From positions 1-41,175 of IMG/VR virus record IMGVR_UViG_3300027651_000001: a DNA stretch of 41,175 nt, one strand, 5' to 3'. The translations under genes were made by a program, and so were the position numbers. The DNA comes from a virus. The notes under the pieces are model-generated. The model was not told the DNA's origin and did no database searches. It saw only the letters and a program-made list of their open reading frames with translations. Below are positions 7,859 to 14,802 of this stretch, piece by piece (positions within the stretch are counted from its first letter, which is position 1; every line of letters begins with the position of its first letter).

Positions 7859-8775
7859 AAGTTCTGAACCACATCGGCGTATCGGGCGGCAAGGATTCGA
7901 CGGCTCTAGCGTTGTGGGCACGCTACGAAAGCGGATATGATCCAGCTTCACTCGTGCTTTCGTTTTGCGATACAGAGAACGAATCGCAAATTGTCTATGA
8001 TTACGTGCAGATGCTCTCGGAGAAGGTTCACCCCGTTACGATTCTGAAGCCTGAAAGAGACTTTTGGGAACTGGCGCGGCATAAGGGGCGCTTTCCCTCC
8101 GCGAAAGCCCGATTCTGCACAGAAGAACTGAAGATGAAGCCGACAAAGTTGTTCGTCAACGCTCTGCGGCTTCTCAATGTCGAACCGCTTATGCACTCAG
8201 GCGTCAGGGCCTCCGAGAGTGACGACAGGGCAAAACTACCTGAAAGAGAGATGTCTCTCTACTTCGGCGCAGAGGTTTACCGTCCCCTCCTACGATGGAG
8301 CATTGAGGACGTGTGGGCAATCCACAAACGCTATAATATTCCGCCGAATCCCCTCTACGCGATGGGTTGTAAGCGCGTCGGCTGTCTACCCTGCGTCATG
8401 TCGCGCAAGAAAGAGATCGCAAACATTGCGATCCGATGGCCGGAGCGAATTGACGCAATTAGAGACATGGAATCGTCTATAAATCCTGGCGGCTACGCTT
8501 CCATGTTCCATCGAAACACGGTTCCCTATCGATTCAGATCAAAGGAGATTGTCACCTCCGAGAAGCGCATTGAGGAGAGGCCCAACCCGGAAGGGCAGAC
8601 CTTCATCCCTCTTGAGGACGTGCGACAGACCACGCGACCGGGACAGCAGATGCGCGTCGCCACTATAAACGACGTGGCACGGTGGGCAATGAATGACGCT
8701 TCAATCTACGAGGAGGAGTTCGATTTCTTCGAGGAATCTCCTGCCTGCGATTCGCGGTACGGAGCGTGTGAGTGA
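7855..8775 (+). CDS. PP-loop ATP-pyrophosphatase, PAPS reductase / DndC-like family
   Basis: SGGKDS PP-loop near the N-terminus and a C-terminal KRVGCLPC motif; GTG start overlapping the upstream stop. Confidence 0.75.
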   Translation: MKVLNHIGVSGGKDSTALALWARYESGYDPASLVLSFCDTENESQIVYDYVQMLSEKVHPVTILKPERDFWELARHKGRFPSAKARFCTEELKMKPTKLFVNALRLLNVEPLMHSGVRASESDDRAKLPEREMSLYFGAEVYRPLLRWSIEDVWAIHKRYNIPPNPLYAMGCKRVGCLPCVMSRKKEIANIAIRWPERIDAIRDMESSINPGGYASMFHRNTVPYRFRSKEIVTSEKRIEERPNPEGQTFIPLEDVRQTTRPGQQMRVATINDVARWAMNDASIYEEEFDFFEESPACDSRYGACE

Positions 8776-8783
8776 ACCGGCAC

Positions 8784-8812
8784 TTGACAGCGCCGTCCAC
8801 ATCTGATATACT
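8784..8812 (+). promoter_or_regulatory. Near-consensus sigma70-type promoter TTGACA-N17-TATACT
   Basis: TTGACA at 8784-8789, 17-nt spacer, TATACT at 8807-8812, 9 nt after the upstream stop codon. Confidence 0.7.
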
Positions 8813-8988
8813 GAGGGTGGCTAACGTGGGATGACAATTTCAGATGTGCGGCCTCCCAGCCCACGCGAAACACACCCTGCGCCCCTCGTTAGCCACGAAA
8901 TGCAGGGTGTGTTCTTGTTTGGTTCTCCAAATTCGATTCCGGGGCTCATGACCCCGGTTGCTCCCGGCGATACCATCGCCGGGAGCGT

Positions 8989-9058
8989 TCCGACCTACGC
9001 AAACGGCAAAGCGGCCCTTAACCGGGTGATTCTGGGGGTTCAACTCCCTCGGTCGGAA
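8989..9058 (+). ncRNA. tRNA-like module with a non-canonical (shortened) anticodon arm
   Basis: 7-bp acceptor TCCGACC/GGTCGGA, U8, D-arm with a GG loop, T-arm GGGGG-TTCAACT-CCCTC; the anticodon arm has only a 4-bp stem and a 6-nt loop (TTAACC). Confidence 0.35.
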
Positions 9059-9447
9059 TAAGCAGGTACATCGTGATGACCTGGCCTCTCAAGCGGGTAC
9101 GGTAGCAGCATTGCACCGACCTCCGGAAAGCCCGGACCCCGACCGAAGCGGCGAGGTGGACTCAAAACCGTGGAGGTTCCCGGGAAGGGGAGTAGTATCC
9201 CTGAGACCGTGGCGACGCATCCAGCCCGCAAGGCTGGCCCGCCGACAACTGCACACCGACTATACTTCAGACTCATTTGTCAGCGCTGGCAGGGGCAGCC
9301 ATACCTCTGCGGGCTGGGCAAAGGGCTGGATTGGGGCTGGATTGGGGCACGGGCAAGCGACATCCTGGAGAGCGCGCACCGGACTACCAACACAGGACAC
9401 CGACCAGAGGCTGAAGGCAGGCGGGAGCAGGAGAGGAGGGAAGCGGA

Positions 9448-9475
9448 GGGGTGTAAGGAGTGGGGCGAAGCCCTC
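9448..9475 (+). terminator. Intrinsic terminator ending the noncoding unit
   Basis: GAGTGGGG (9448-9455) pairs with CTCCACTC (9463-9470), including one G-U, and is followed by TTTTT (9471-9475). Confidence 0.6.
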
Positions 9476-9519
9476 CACTCTTTTTGGCAAAGTACTTTAT
9501 GGAAAGGAGCAGCAGCGGT

Positions 9520-10326
9520 ATGGGATACGCAGCGAAGATCGTAGCAGACAGCATCGGCCCTAACGCAATCAGGCTTACGACGATGGAGGTGACGTTCCCC
9601 CGAATCGTGCTGGCAGAGTTCAACACGCACCGTATGTTCAGCCGGAACTCTGCGTCAAGCCGGGCAATTCCCGTCGATAAGATGATCCGGCGGGTCATAG
9701 ACGATCCGTTCATTCCTGCGAAGTGGCCGCAGAATCAGAAGGGTATGCAGGCGACGGAATACCTGACGGGCGATGACGCACTTATGGCAGAGCGTGCGTG
9801 GCTGTTGGCACGTAACTCCGCGACGGAACACGCCTCGCGCCTACTGGAGTTAGGCGTCCACAAACAAATCGCCAACCGCCTGCTTGAGCCGTTCCTCTGG
9901 CATACCGTCATCGTGACGGCGACCGAGTGGAGCAACTTCTTCGCCCTGCGCTGTCACCCCGACGCACAGCCGGAAATTCAGGCCGTTGCCTACATGATGC
10001 AGGAACTTTACAGCACCGAAGAGCCTACGCAACTCCAACCCGGCGACTGGCACCTGCCATACATCCGAGAGGAGGAGCGGGACTCGGAAGAGTTCGATCT
10101 TCGCCTTGTCAGCGTCGGCCGGTGCGCTCGCGTCTCTTACCTGACGCACGACGGCGTACGCGATCCTGCTCAGGATGTGGGGCTGTGTGAGAGGCTTCGC
10201 AGCAGCGGCCACTGGTCGCCGTTTGAACACGTCGCCATGTGCCGCAACGCAGGCGACCTATCCCAGTCAGGAAACTTCAAGGGTTGGGATCAGTTCAGAA
10301 AGGGGATGGTCGGTGAGTGTCGATAA
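9520..10326 (+). CDS. thyX: FAD-dependent thymidylate synthase ThyX-like protein
   Basis: THRMFSRNSASSR fits the ThyX signature RHRxxSxxxxSxR except that the first Arg is Thr; RBS GGAAAGGAG upstream. Confidence 0.7.
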   Translation: MGYAAKIVADSIGPNAIRLTTMEVTFPRIVLAEFNTHRMFSRNSASSRAIPVDKMIRRVIDDPFIPAKWPQNQKGMQATEYLTGDDALMAERAWLLARNSATEHASRLLELGVHKQIANRLLEPFLWHTVIVTATEWSNFFALRCHPDAQPEIQAVAYMMQELYSTEEPTQLQPGDWHLPYIREEERDSEEFDLRLVSVGRCARVSYLTHDGVRDPAQDVGLCERLRSSGHWSPFEHVAMCRNAGDLSQSGNFKGWDQFRKGMVGECR

Positions 10327-10543
10327 GAAGGAGGCAGTAGACCATCCTGCCCACTATGGCGGCGAGTCAAACCCTTACGAGGTGATCAAGGTTATAGAGG
10401 CATGGAACCTCGGGTTCTGCCTGGGGAACACAGTCAAGTACATCGCACGGGCCGAACACAAGGGCGCGACGGTGGAAGACCTTGAAAAAGCGCGGTGGTA
10501 TCTGGATAGGGAGATCCAGCGGCGCAAAGGCGTCAGTGAGTAG
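10313..10543 (+). CDS. DUF3310 family protein
   Basis: HPAHYGG...YEVIKVIEAW...GNTVKYIARAEHKG..EDLEKARWYL is the typical DUF3310 pattern; GTG start overlaps the thyX end. Confidence 0.7.
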   Translation: MSVDKKEAVDHPAHYGGESNPYEVIKVIEAWNLGFCLGNTVKYIARAEHKGATVEDLEKARWYLDREIQRRKGVSE

Positions 10544-10574
10544 GTAGCCTCAGAGGAGGCAGAAAGAGGGTACG

Positions 10575-10913
10575 ATGGCAAGCATTTTCGATTTCATTTT
10601 CGGGGCAGGCATGAAGGTCGGGGCGATTACCAAGATACCGGGTGACCTCGGCAAGGTCAAAACGGACTTCGCGGCCGACGCTGCGGCGATCCGGCACATG
10701 GCGACCGATGAGGGCGGCGCTATGGCGGCGATCCGGCGCCTGTCTCAGAATCCGCTCCTGGTAAGCGCGGCCCTCGCCGACCAGAACATCTCCGCAGACA
10801 TCACGACCGTGGAGGTGTTCTTGAACGACGCCCAGACCATCGAGGGGATCGTCACGACGGCGGAGGCGGACTTCGCGGCGCTGGAGACCGATGTCACGTC
10901 GGCCATCGGCTGA
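10575..10913 (+). CDS. Hypothetical protein (112 aa); last gene of the + block
   Basis: ORF with GAGGAGG upstream; followed by a convergent terminator hairpin. Confidence 0.55.
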   Translation: MASIFDFIFGAGMKVGAITKIPGDLGKVKTDFAADAAAIRHMATDEGGAMAAIRRLSQNPLLVSAALADQNISADITTVEVFLNDAQTIEGIVTTAEADFAALETDVTSAIG

Positions 10914-10926
10914 AAGAGGGAAAGGT

Positions 10927-10959
10927 CTGCTGCCTGGCGAGCGTCCCGCCAGGCAGCAG
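10927..10959. terminator. 13-bp-stem hairpin between the convergent + and - blocks (bidirectional terminator candidate)
   Basis: CTGCTGCCTGGCG (10927-10939), 7-nt loop, CGCCAGGCAGCAG (10947-10959). Confidence 0.6.
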
Positions 10960-10960
10960 T

Positions 10961-11422
10961 TCAGTTTCCTTTCGAGGGAGCGGGACTGTCCTTTAGGACT
11001 CGGTACAGGTCCGCAATGCTTGTCTTGATCTCTGCAGACGCGGTAGCTTCGTCCGTGTGGTACTTGTTCAGGTCGTCCCTCAGTGAGTCGCTACGTGCCG
11101 CAAGCGCGTCTTCCGCCTTCTCAAGTTCCTTTTGCTTTGCCTCTGTCTCTCTGTGATACTGCTCCGTCCTCTCTACCAGGGTGGCATAGTTGGCTGCGTT
11201 TGATGCGGAGTAGACCACCACCATGCTGCCGCAGGAGAGGAGGAGGGTTATGCAGGCAATCAGCAGTTGCGCCATTGAGACGTTCCTGCTGCCGCTGTCC
11301 GTGGGCGTGTCGGTCGTCTTCTGTGGCGACAACTGTTTTCCTCCTGCTTGATCGTTGGCACCAGTCAGGCAGGCCGTAGGGCCGCTTCCATTTGCTGCGT
11401 TCTGCAATGCTGTTCTGTCCAT
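10961..11422 (-). CDS. Membrane-anchored coiled-coil protein (i-spanin/Rz-like candidate)
   Basis: TM helix LLIACITLLLSCGSMVVVY followed by a charged coiled-coil region; last gene of the late operon; the true start may be the internal MAQLL. Confidence 0.5.
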   Translation of the reverse strand: MDRTALQNAANGSGPTACLTGANDQAGGKQLSPQKTTDTPTDSGSRNVSMAQLLIACITLLLSCGSMVVVYSASNAANYATLVERTEQYHRETEAKQKELEKAEDALAARSDSLRDDLNKYHTDEATASAEIKTSIADLYRVLKDSPAPSKGN

Positions 11423-11444
11423 AGTGCGGCCTCTTCTTTGTCGA

Positions 11445-11873
11445 TTATGGGCCGGGAGGCGGTGCGCCTGGTCCGGTCGGGGGAGTGTATGACGGGATGT
11501 GGAACCGCATCTTGTAGCGTCTTCGGGGCGGTGAGTAGTGCCGGAACGGAGGAATGGTCGGGTGTGGCAGGCGTATGCGCTTCCTGATACGGCGGGTTGG
11601 GGGCGAAGTCGCCTGATCCTCCGGTGTCACCACGTCGCACAGGAGGCTATCGCCCACGGCGTACCCGTCCGATCCTATATACGATCCGTCGTAGTCCCCC
11701 ACGTTCAGGATGAAGATTTCGTTCTCGGCAAGGGGCTCGGAGCAGAACGCGTCGTCGGGCAGGCTTCCGTCGTCGGAGTCGTCGTCTCCCTCCTCGAACC
11801 AGGCGCATACATCGTACTCCTCCCCGATGTTGGTATCCGGGGTCGATCCGTCGCACATGAACGTATCACTCAT
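11445..11873 (-). CDS. Bipartite protein (142 aa): very acidic N-terminal half, Pro/Arg-rich C-terminal half
   Basis: ATG at 11873 overlaps the upstream stop; sequence EEYDVCAWFEEGDDDSDDGSLPDD... is followed by SPPTRRIRKRIRLPHP... Confidence 0.5.
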   Translation of the reverse strand: MSDTFMCDGSTPDTNIGEEYDVCAWFEEGDDDSDDGSLPDDAFCSEPLAENEIFILNVGDYDGSYIGSDGYAVGDSLLCDVVTPEDQATSPPTRRIRKRIRLPHPTIPPFRHYSPPRRRYKMRFHIPSYTPPTGPGAPPPGP

Positions 11874-12087
11874 GCCGTCCTTCCTCCTGTTTCTGTTCCG
11901 CCCTGCCCTCTGCCTTTCCGAGCGCGCGTTGTTCCCCGCCCGTCGCCTCAAGGAGTTCGTCCATGCGGCTATTGATGAGGGTGTGAGTCTCCTTCTGACG
12001 CCTCCCGTTCTGCCAACACTTGTAGTAATTGGCGGCAAAGGCTCCGATAATCAGCAAACTCTTCACGTCGTCCGATGATAGGTGCAA
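11866..12087 (-). CDS. Small single-TM protein (holin-like candidate, 73 aa)
   Basis: TTG start after GGAGG; TM segment SLLIIGAFAANYY; charged C-terminus. Confidence 0.4.
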   Translation of the reverse strand: MHLSSDDVKSLLIIGAFAANYYKCWQNGRRQKETHTLINSRMDELLEATGGEQRALGKAEGRAEQKQEEGRHE

Positions 12088-12103
12088 GGGAACCTCCTAC
12101 AGA

Positions 12104-12134
12104 GACGCCCCTACAGATCTCCCGTAGGGGCGTC
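12104..12134 (-). terminator. 11-bp-stem hairpin after the Ig-like protein gene (attenuator/terminator candidate; no clear U-tract)
   Basis: GACGCCCCTAC (12104-12114) pairs with GTAGGGGCGTC (12124-12134). Confidence 0.35.
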
Positions 12135-12142
12135 GCGTCACG

Positions 12143-12589
12143 TCACTGCGCGATCGGCGGGTCCGCGGTCAGGGAGAGGGTGACGACCGGCGGCGGGCCG
12201 GCCGCGGTCGTGGTGATGTTGGCGACAACGGTGTCGCCTGCGCTGTCCTCGAATTTGACGATGCCGGAGGTCGGCGCGGCCGCAACGCCAGCGACGAAGA
12301 AGGCCATCGGGTCGGGCGTCGAGGCGACAACGAGGTTCGGATTGTCCGAGGTCGCCGTAACGCCGGTCAGCGAAGAGGTGACATCGGCGCCGTTCTCATC
12401 GGTGCCTTTAACGTGGATCAGGGCCTTCTCGTTGGCCGGGAACGAGAGAGTGATTGGGGTTCCGGTGGTGCTCAAGATAGTGGCTCCTTTCGGGAGGTCC
12501 GTGAAGAGTAGGGACAGACATTTGCGACCCATTATCGCAATGTCGATATGGATATGTACGGTCTGTTGGCACATCGGCATTCCTCCCAA
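12143..12589 (-). CDS. Ig-like (Big_2-like) domain protein (148 aa)
   Basis: Beta-rich sequence ...ITLSFPANEKALIHVKGTDENGADVTSSLTGVTATSDNPNLV... typical of phage Ig-like domains. Confidence 0.5.
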   Translation of the reverse strand: MGGMPMCQQTVHIHIDIAIMGRKCLSLLFTDLPKGATILSTTGTPITLSFPANEKALIHVKGTDENGADVTSSLTGVTATSDNPNLVVASTPDPMAFFVAGVAAAPTSGIVKFEDSAGDTVVANITTTAAGPPPVVTLSLTADPPIAQ

Positions 12590-12608
12590 CTCAGTATACC
12601 CCAGGCCA

Positions 12609-12944
12609 TTAGGGCGTCGGAAGGATGACTATCTGTTGCTCGAAAATGGCAATGTCGCCGTCTGATGTCTTGACGGTGAAGGCGCAGGGATAGTTCCCCG
12701 CCTGTGTGATCGTCTTGTTGGCCCCGGTCTGCATCACGTACCAGAGCTTCACCCCGCCGTTGCGTAGAAATTCGAGGGTGAGAACCGGGAAGGCGCTGAC
12801 CAGGTGGTTCCCTGCGCTGTCCCAGCAGTCGAAAGTCGCAGACAGGAATATCTGGGAGGCGGGCGGGCCGGAGCGATTGATGAAGTCTACCGACACCCCA
12901 AACCGCTCCCCCAGTTGCCGGGTTTTCGAGAAGGTCGATCTCAT
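12609..12944 (-). CDS. Hypothetical virion-associated protein (111 aa)
   Basis: In-frame ATG at 12944 downstream of the preceding stop; the longer 13043 start would overlap the upstream gene. Confidence 0.45.
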   Translation of the reverse strand: MRSTFSKTRQLGERFGVSVDFINRSGPPASQIFLSATFDCWDSAGNHLVSAFPVLTLEFLRNGGVKLWYVMQTGANKTITQAGNYPCAFTVKTSDGDIAIFEQQIVILPTP

Positions 12945-12973
12945 CTCCTGCAGGTTGGCGATCTCTCTACCTC

Positions 12974-13336
12974 CTACGAAAGTAGCGCAAACACGGTAAC
13001 GGCGGAGCCCGGATTGGTGTTTCCCGTTGGCGTCGTGGTGCAAGCCATCGAAAGTGCCGTCGCGAATGGCATTCCCAGGAAGTCAAGGAAGAACGTCCTC
13101 TTAACGCCTACGTCCACCATGAGAACCGCGTCGGGCGGCGTGGTGCCGACCGTCGGCGCCGCGTTGTTGAACATCTGGAGGTAACTCTTCGCTACGTTCG
13201 CCGTGTTGTCGATGGTGACCACGTAGACGGTCGTCGCGCCGCCCCGGATATTGGTGTCGGCGGTCGCGTTGAGGTTCGTGTTCCCGTAGTTGACAGCCGC
13301 GTACGGATTGGCGTTGGTCGTCAGAGTTTTGCTCAT
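12974..13336 (-). CDS. Hypothetical structural protein (120 aa)
   Basis: ATGA overlap with the upstream gene; Thr/Asn/Ala-rich, beta-type composition. Confidence 0.5.
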   Translation of the reverse strand: MSKTLTTNANPYAAVNYGNTNLNATADTNIRGGATTVYVVTIDNTANVAKSYLQMFNNAAPTVGTTPPDAVLMVDVGVKRTFFLDFLGMPFATALSMACTTTPTGNTNPGSAVTVFALLS

Positions 13337-14121
13337 TTGCCCCACTTCCCTCTTTTAACGAGGTGCCGCTCAAAATTCACGGTGATCGAAGAGCCCCCGG
13401 TGTTCCAGACGACGACTTGCCATTGGAATCCCGGAGAGACCTTGATATGCGCCTGGTTGGTCATCCCTGTCCCGTCGGCCGCTGTCGTCGTACTGGGAAC
13501 CTGATCTCCGTTGTACCACGTCACCCCGCCGTCCGTGGTGAACTGGTAATCAAGATTGAAGGGACCGCTGCCCTGGACGGAAACAATCTGCTTCAACCCC
13601 TCCCGCACCGGCGTCTGGATCGGCCCCATTAGAATATACCCGGTTCCGGCCGGTATGCCTACCGCCGTCCCGCTGGCTGCCTCCGTCGTGCCGCGTGACG
13701 TGAGCGTAGGAGGCACGTAGGGCATATTCGCCGCCGGGATTTGATCGTTGCTCCTCAGGATCTGAAACGGCGGCACTCCTGCGAACTGGGGGAACTGGTA
13801 GAGATGCTGGGGAGGCTGCGCGCCCAGCACGGTAATGGGTAGGGATGTTGGTACGCAGGCCCCGCCGCTGCCTATATTGGGGACCGGCGTGATCGTTTTC
13901 ACTCCGGCTACGTTGGGTGCATTGTAGACAAAAGTTTTCGTGGCCGTGCTTGAGGCCCACGACAGGACGGCGGGCGTGAAAGAGCCTCCTGCCCCGCTGT
14001 CGTTGATGACAACATTACCGGTGAACAGGGCGGTAGGTGTGAGCGTGAAATTCCCCGATACCCCTCCGGCTGCGACCGTAGCGGGTCCGGTGAAATCTAT
14101 TTCAATGGCGGCTATCGGCAT
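13333..14121 (-). CDS. Tail fiber/adhesin-associated protein with a BNR (Asp-box) containing C-terminal domain
   Basis: FNLDYQFTTDGGVTWY contains the SxDxGxTW-type Asp-box; the domain is paralogous to 21710-22147. Confidence 0.5.
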   Translation of the reverse strand: MPIAAIEIDFTGPATVAAGGVSGNFTLTPTALFTGNVVINDSGAGGSFTPAVLSWASSTATKTFVYNAPNVAGVKTITPVPNIGSGGACVPTSLPITVLGAQPPQHLYQFPQFAGVPPFQILRSNDQIPAANMPYVPPTLTSRGTTEAASGTAVGIPAGTGYILMGPIQTPVREGLKQIVSVQGSGPFNLDYQFTTDGGVTWYNGDQVPSTTTAADGTGMTNQAHIKVSPGFQWQVVVWNTGGSSITVNFERHLVKRGKWGK

Positions 14122-14124
14122 AGG

Positions 14125-14802
14125 TTATGCCTGCGTGGTGAAGAAGATTTTCGTGTCGTCGCACGTCGAAGCCGAAAACACGAGACAGACAGAGTTGCCG
14201 TTGAGATCGGCGGCGGCGAGGTTGATGAGGAACACGCCGTTGACACCGGCGACCGCAGAGATAGCCCCGGAGTTGGTGAGGGTGGAAGTTACGCCGTCGA
14301 GGACGACTTTGCCCGTCACCGTGGCACCTGCGCCCATGTAGGGGCTGATGTGATCGGAGGCTACGGTCATAGGGAATTGGAAGTTGGCGAAGGCGGTGTT
14401 CTTCTGGATCGGATACTGCACGATGCAGCTTGTATCCATCTGGATTTCAAGGTCTATCGTCTTCATTCCCGTCGATGTTCCGCCGTTCGCCATCAGGCAG
14501 ACAGCAACGCTTTTCCCGCTGGCTATGGCCGCGTTCGGAATACTCAGTTCGTACTGTCCGGCCATGTGAGTCGCGCTGCGCTGGATGAAGCCTCCTCCGG
14601 TTCCTGCCCCTCCGCTGTTGACATAGGTTCCCTGCGTGCCTGCCGCGAGCGTGATTGCAATAGGAGCGCTCCCCTGAATACAGTAGTACGCGGTGATGTC
14701 GCTGAAGAGGACGCCCGTCAAGTCCGCTCCGGTGGCGAGCAGGGTTGCCTTGACGGTAACAACAAGGTTTGTCGTGCCGGGTGCGATTCCGAGTTTAGCC
14801 AT
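14125..14802 (-). CDS. Tail fiber/spike-associated protein (225 aa)
   Basis: ATG at 14802 after GGAGGG; beta-rich Gly/Thr/Ala composition. Confidence 0.5.
   Translation of the reverse strand: MAKLGIAPGTTNLVVTVKATLLATGADLTGVLFSDITAYYCIQGSAPIAITLAAGTQGTYVNSGGAGTGGGFIQRSATHMAGQYELSIPNAAIASGKSVAVCLMANGGTSTGMKTIDLEIQMDTSCIVQYPIQKNTAFANFQFPMTVASDHISPYMGAGATVTGKVVLDGVTSTLTNSGAISAVAGVNGVFLINLAAADLNGNSVCLVFSASTCDDTKIFFTTQA

Larger units (their letters stand above)
8819..9475 (+). ncRNA. Candidate large (about 0.66 kb) structured noncoding RNA, unclassified
   Basis: Own promoter and terminator. Perfect helices at 8871-8880/8902-8911 (10 bp), 8939-8944/8952-8957 (6 bp), 8961-8971/8975-8985 (11 bp), 9122-9126/9132-9136 (5 bp) and 9221-9226/9232-9237 (6 bp). 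CACCGAC occurs three times about 140 nt apart. Only Arg/Gly/Pro-rich ORFs are present. Confidence 0.5.

Noticed and set aside
8939-8957. Hairpin CCGGGG-CTCATGA-CCCCGG that looks like a tRNA-Met anticodon arm (CAT)
   Set aside because: There are no D-arm, T-arm or acceptor sequences in the correct register. It is followed by an 11-bp hairpin that is too long for a variable arm.
9405-9450. Complementarity between the purine-rich 3' part of the noncoding unit and the pyrimidine tracts at 40575-40730
   Set aside because: Only short matches (8-9 nt) exist, as expected between any GA-rich and CT-rich low-complexity tracts.
8831-9563. ORFs 8831-9061 (76 aa), 9111-9563 (150 aa) and 9170-9544 (124 aa) inside the proposed noncoding unit
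   Set aside because: The translations are Arg/Gly/Pro-rich with no recognisable fold. The frames are interrupted by long perfect hairpins, and two of them run across the terminator and into thyX. A small peptide from 8831 cannot be fully excluded, since GAGGG lies about 10 nt upstream.
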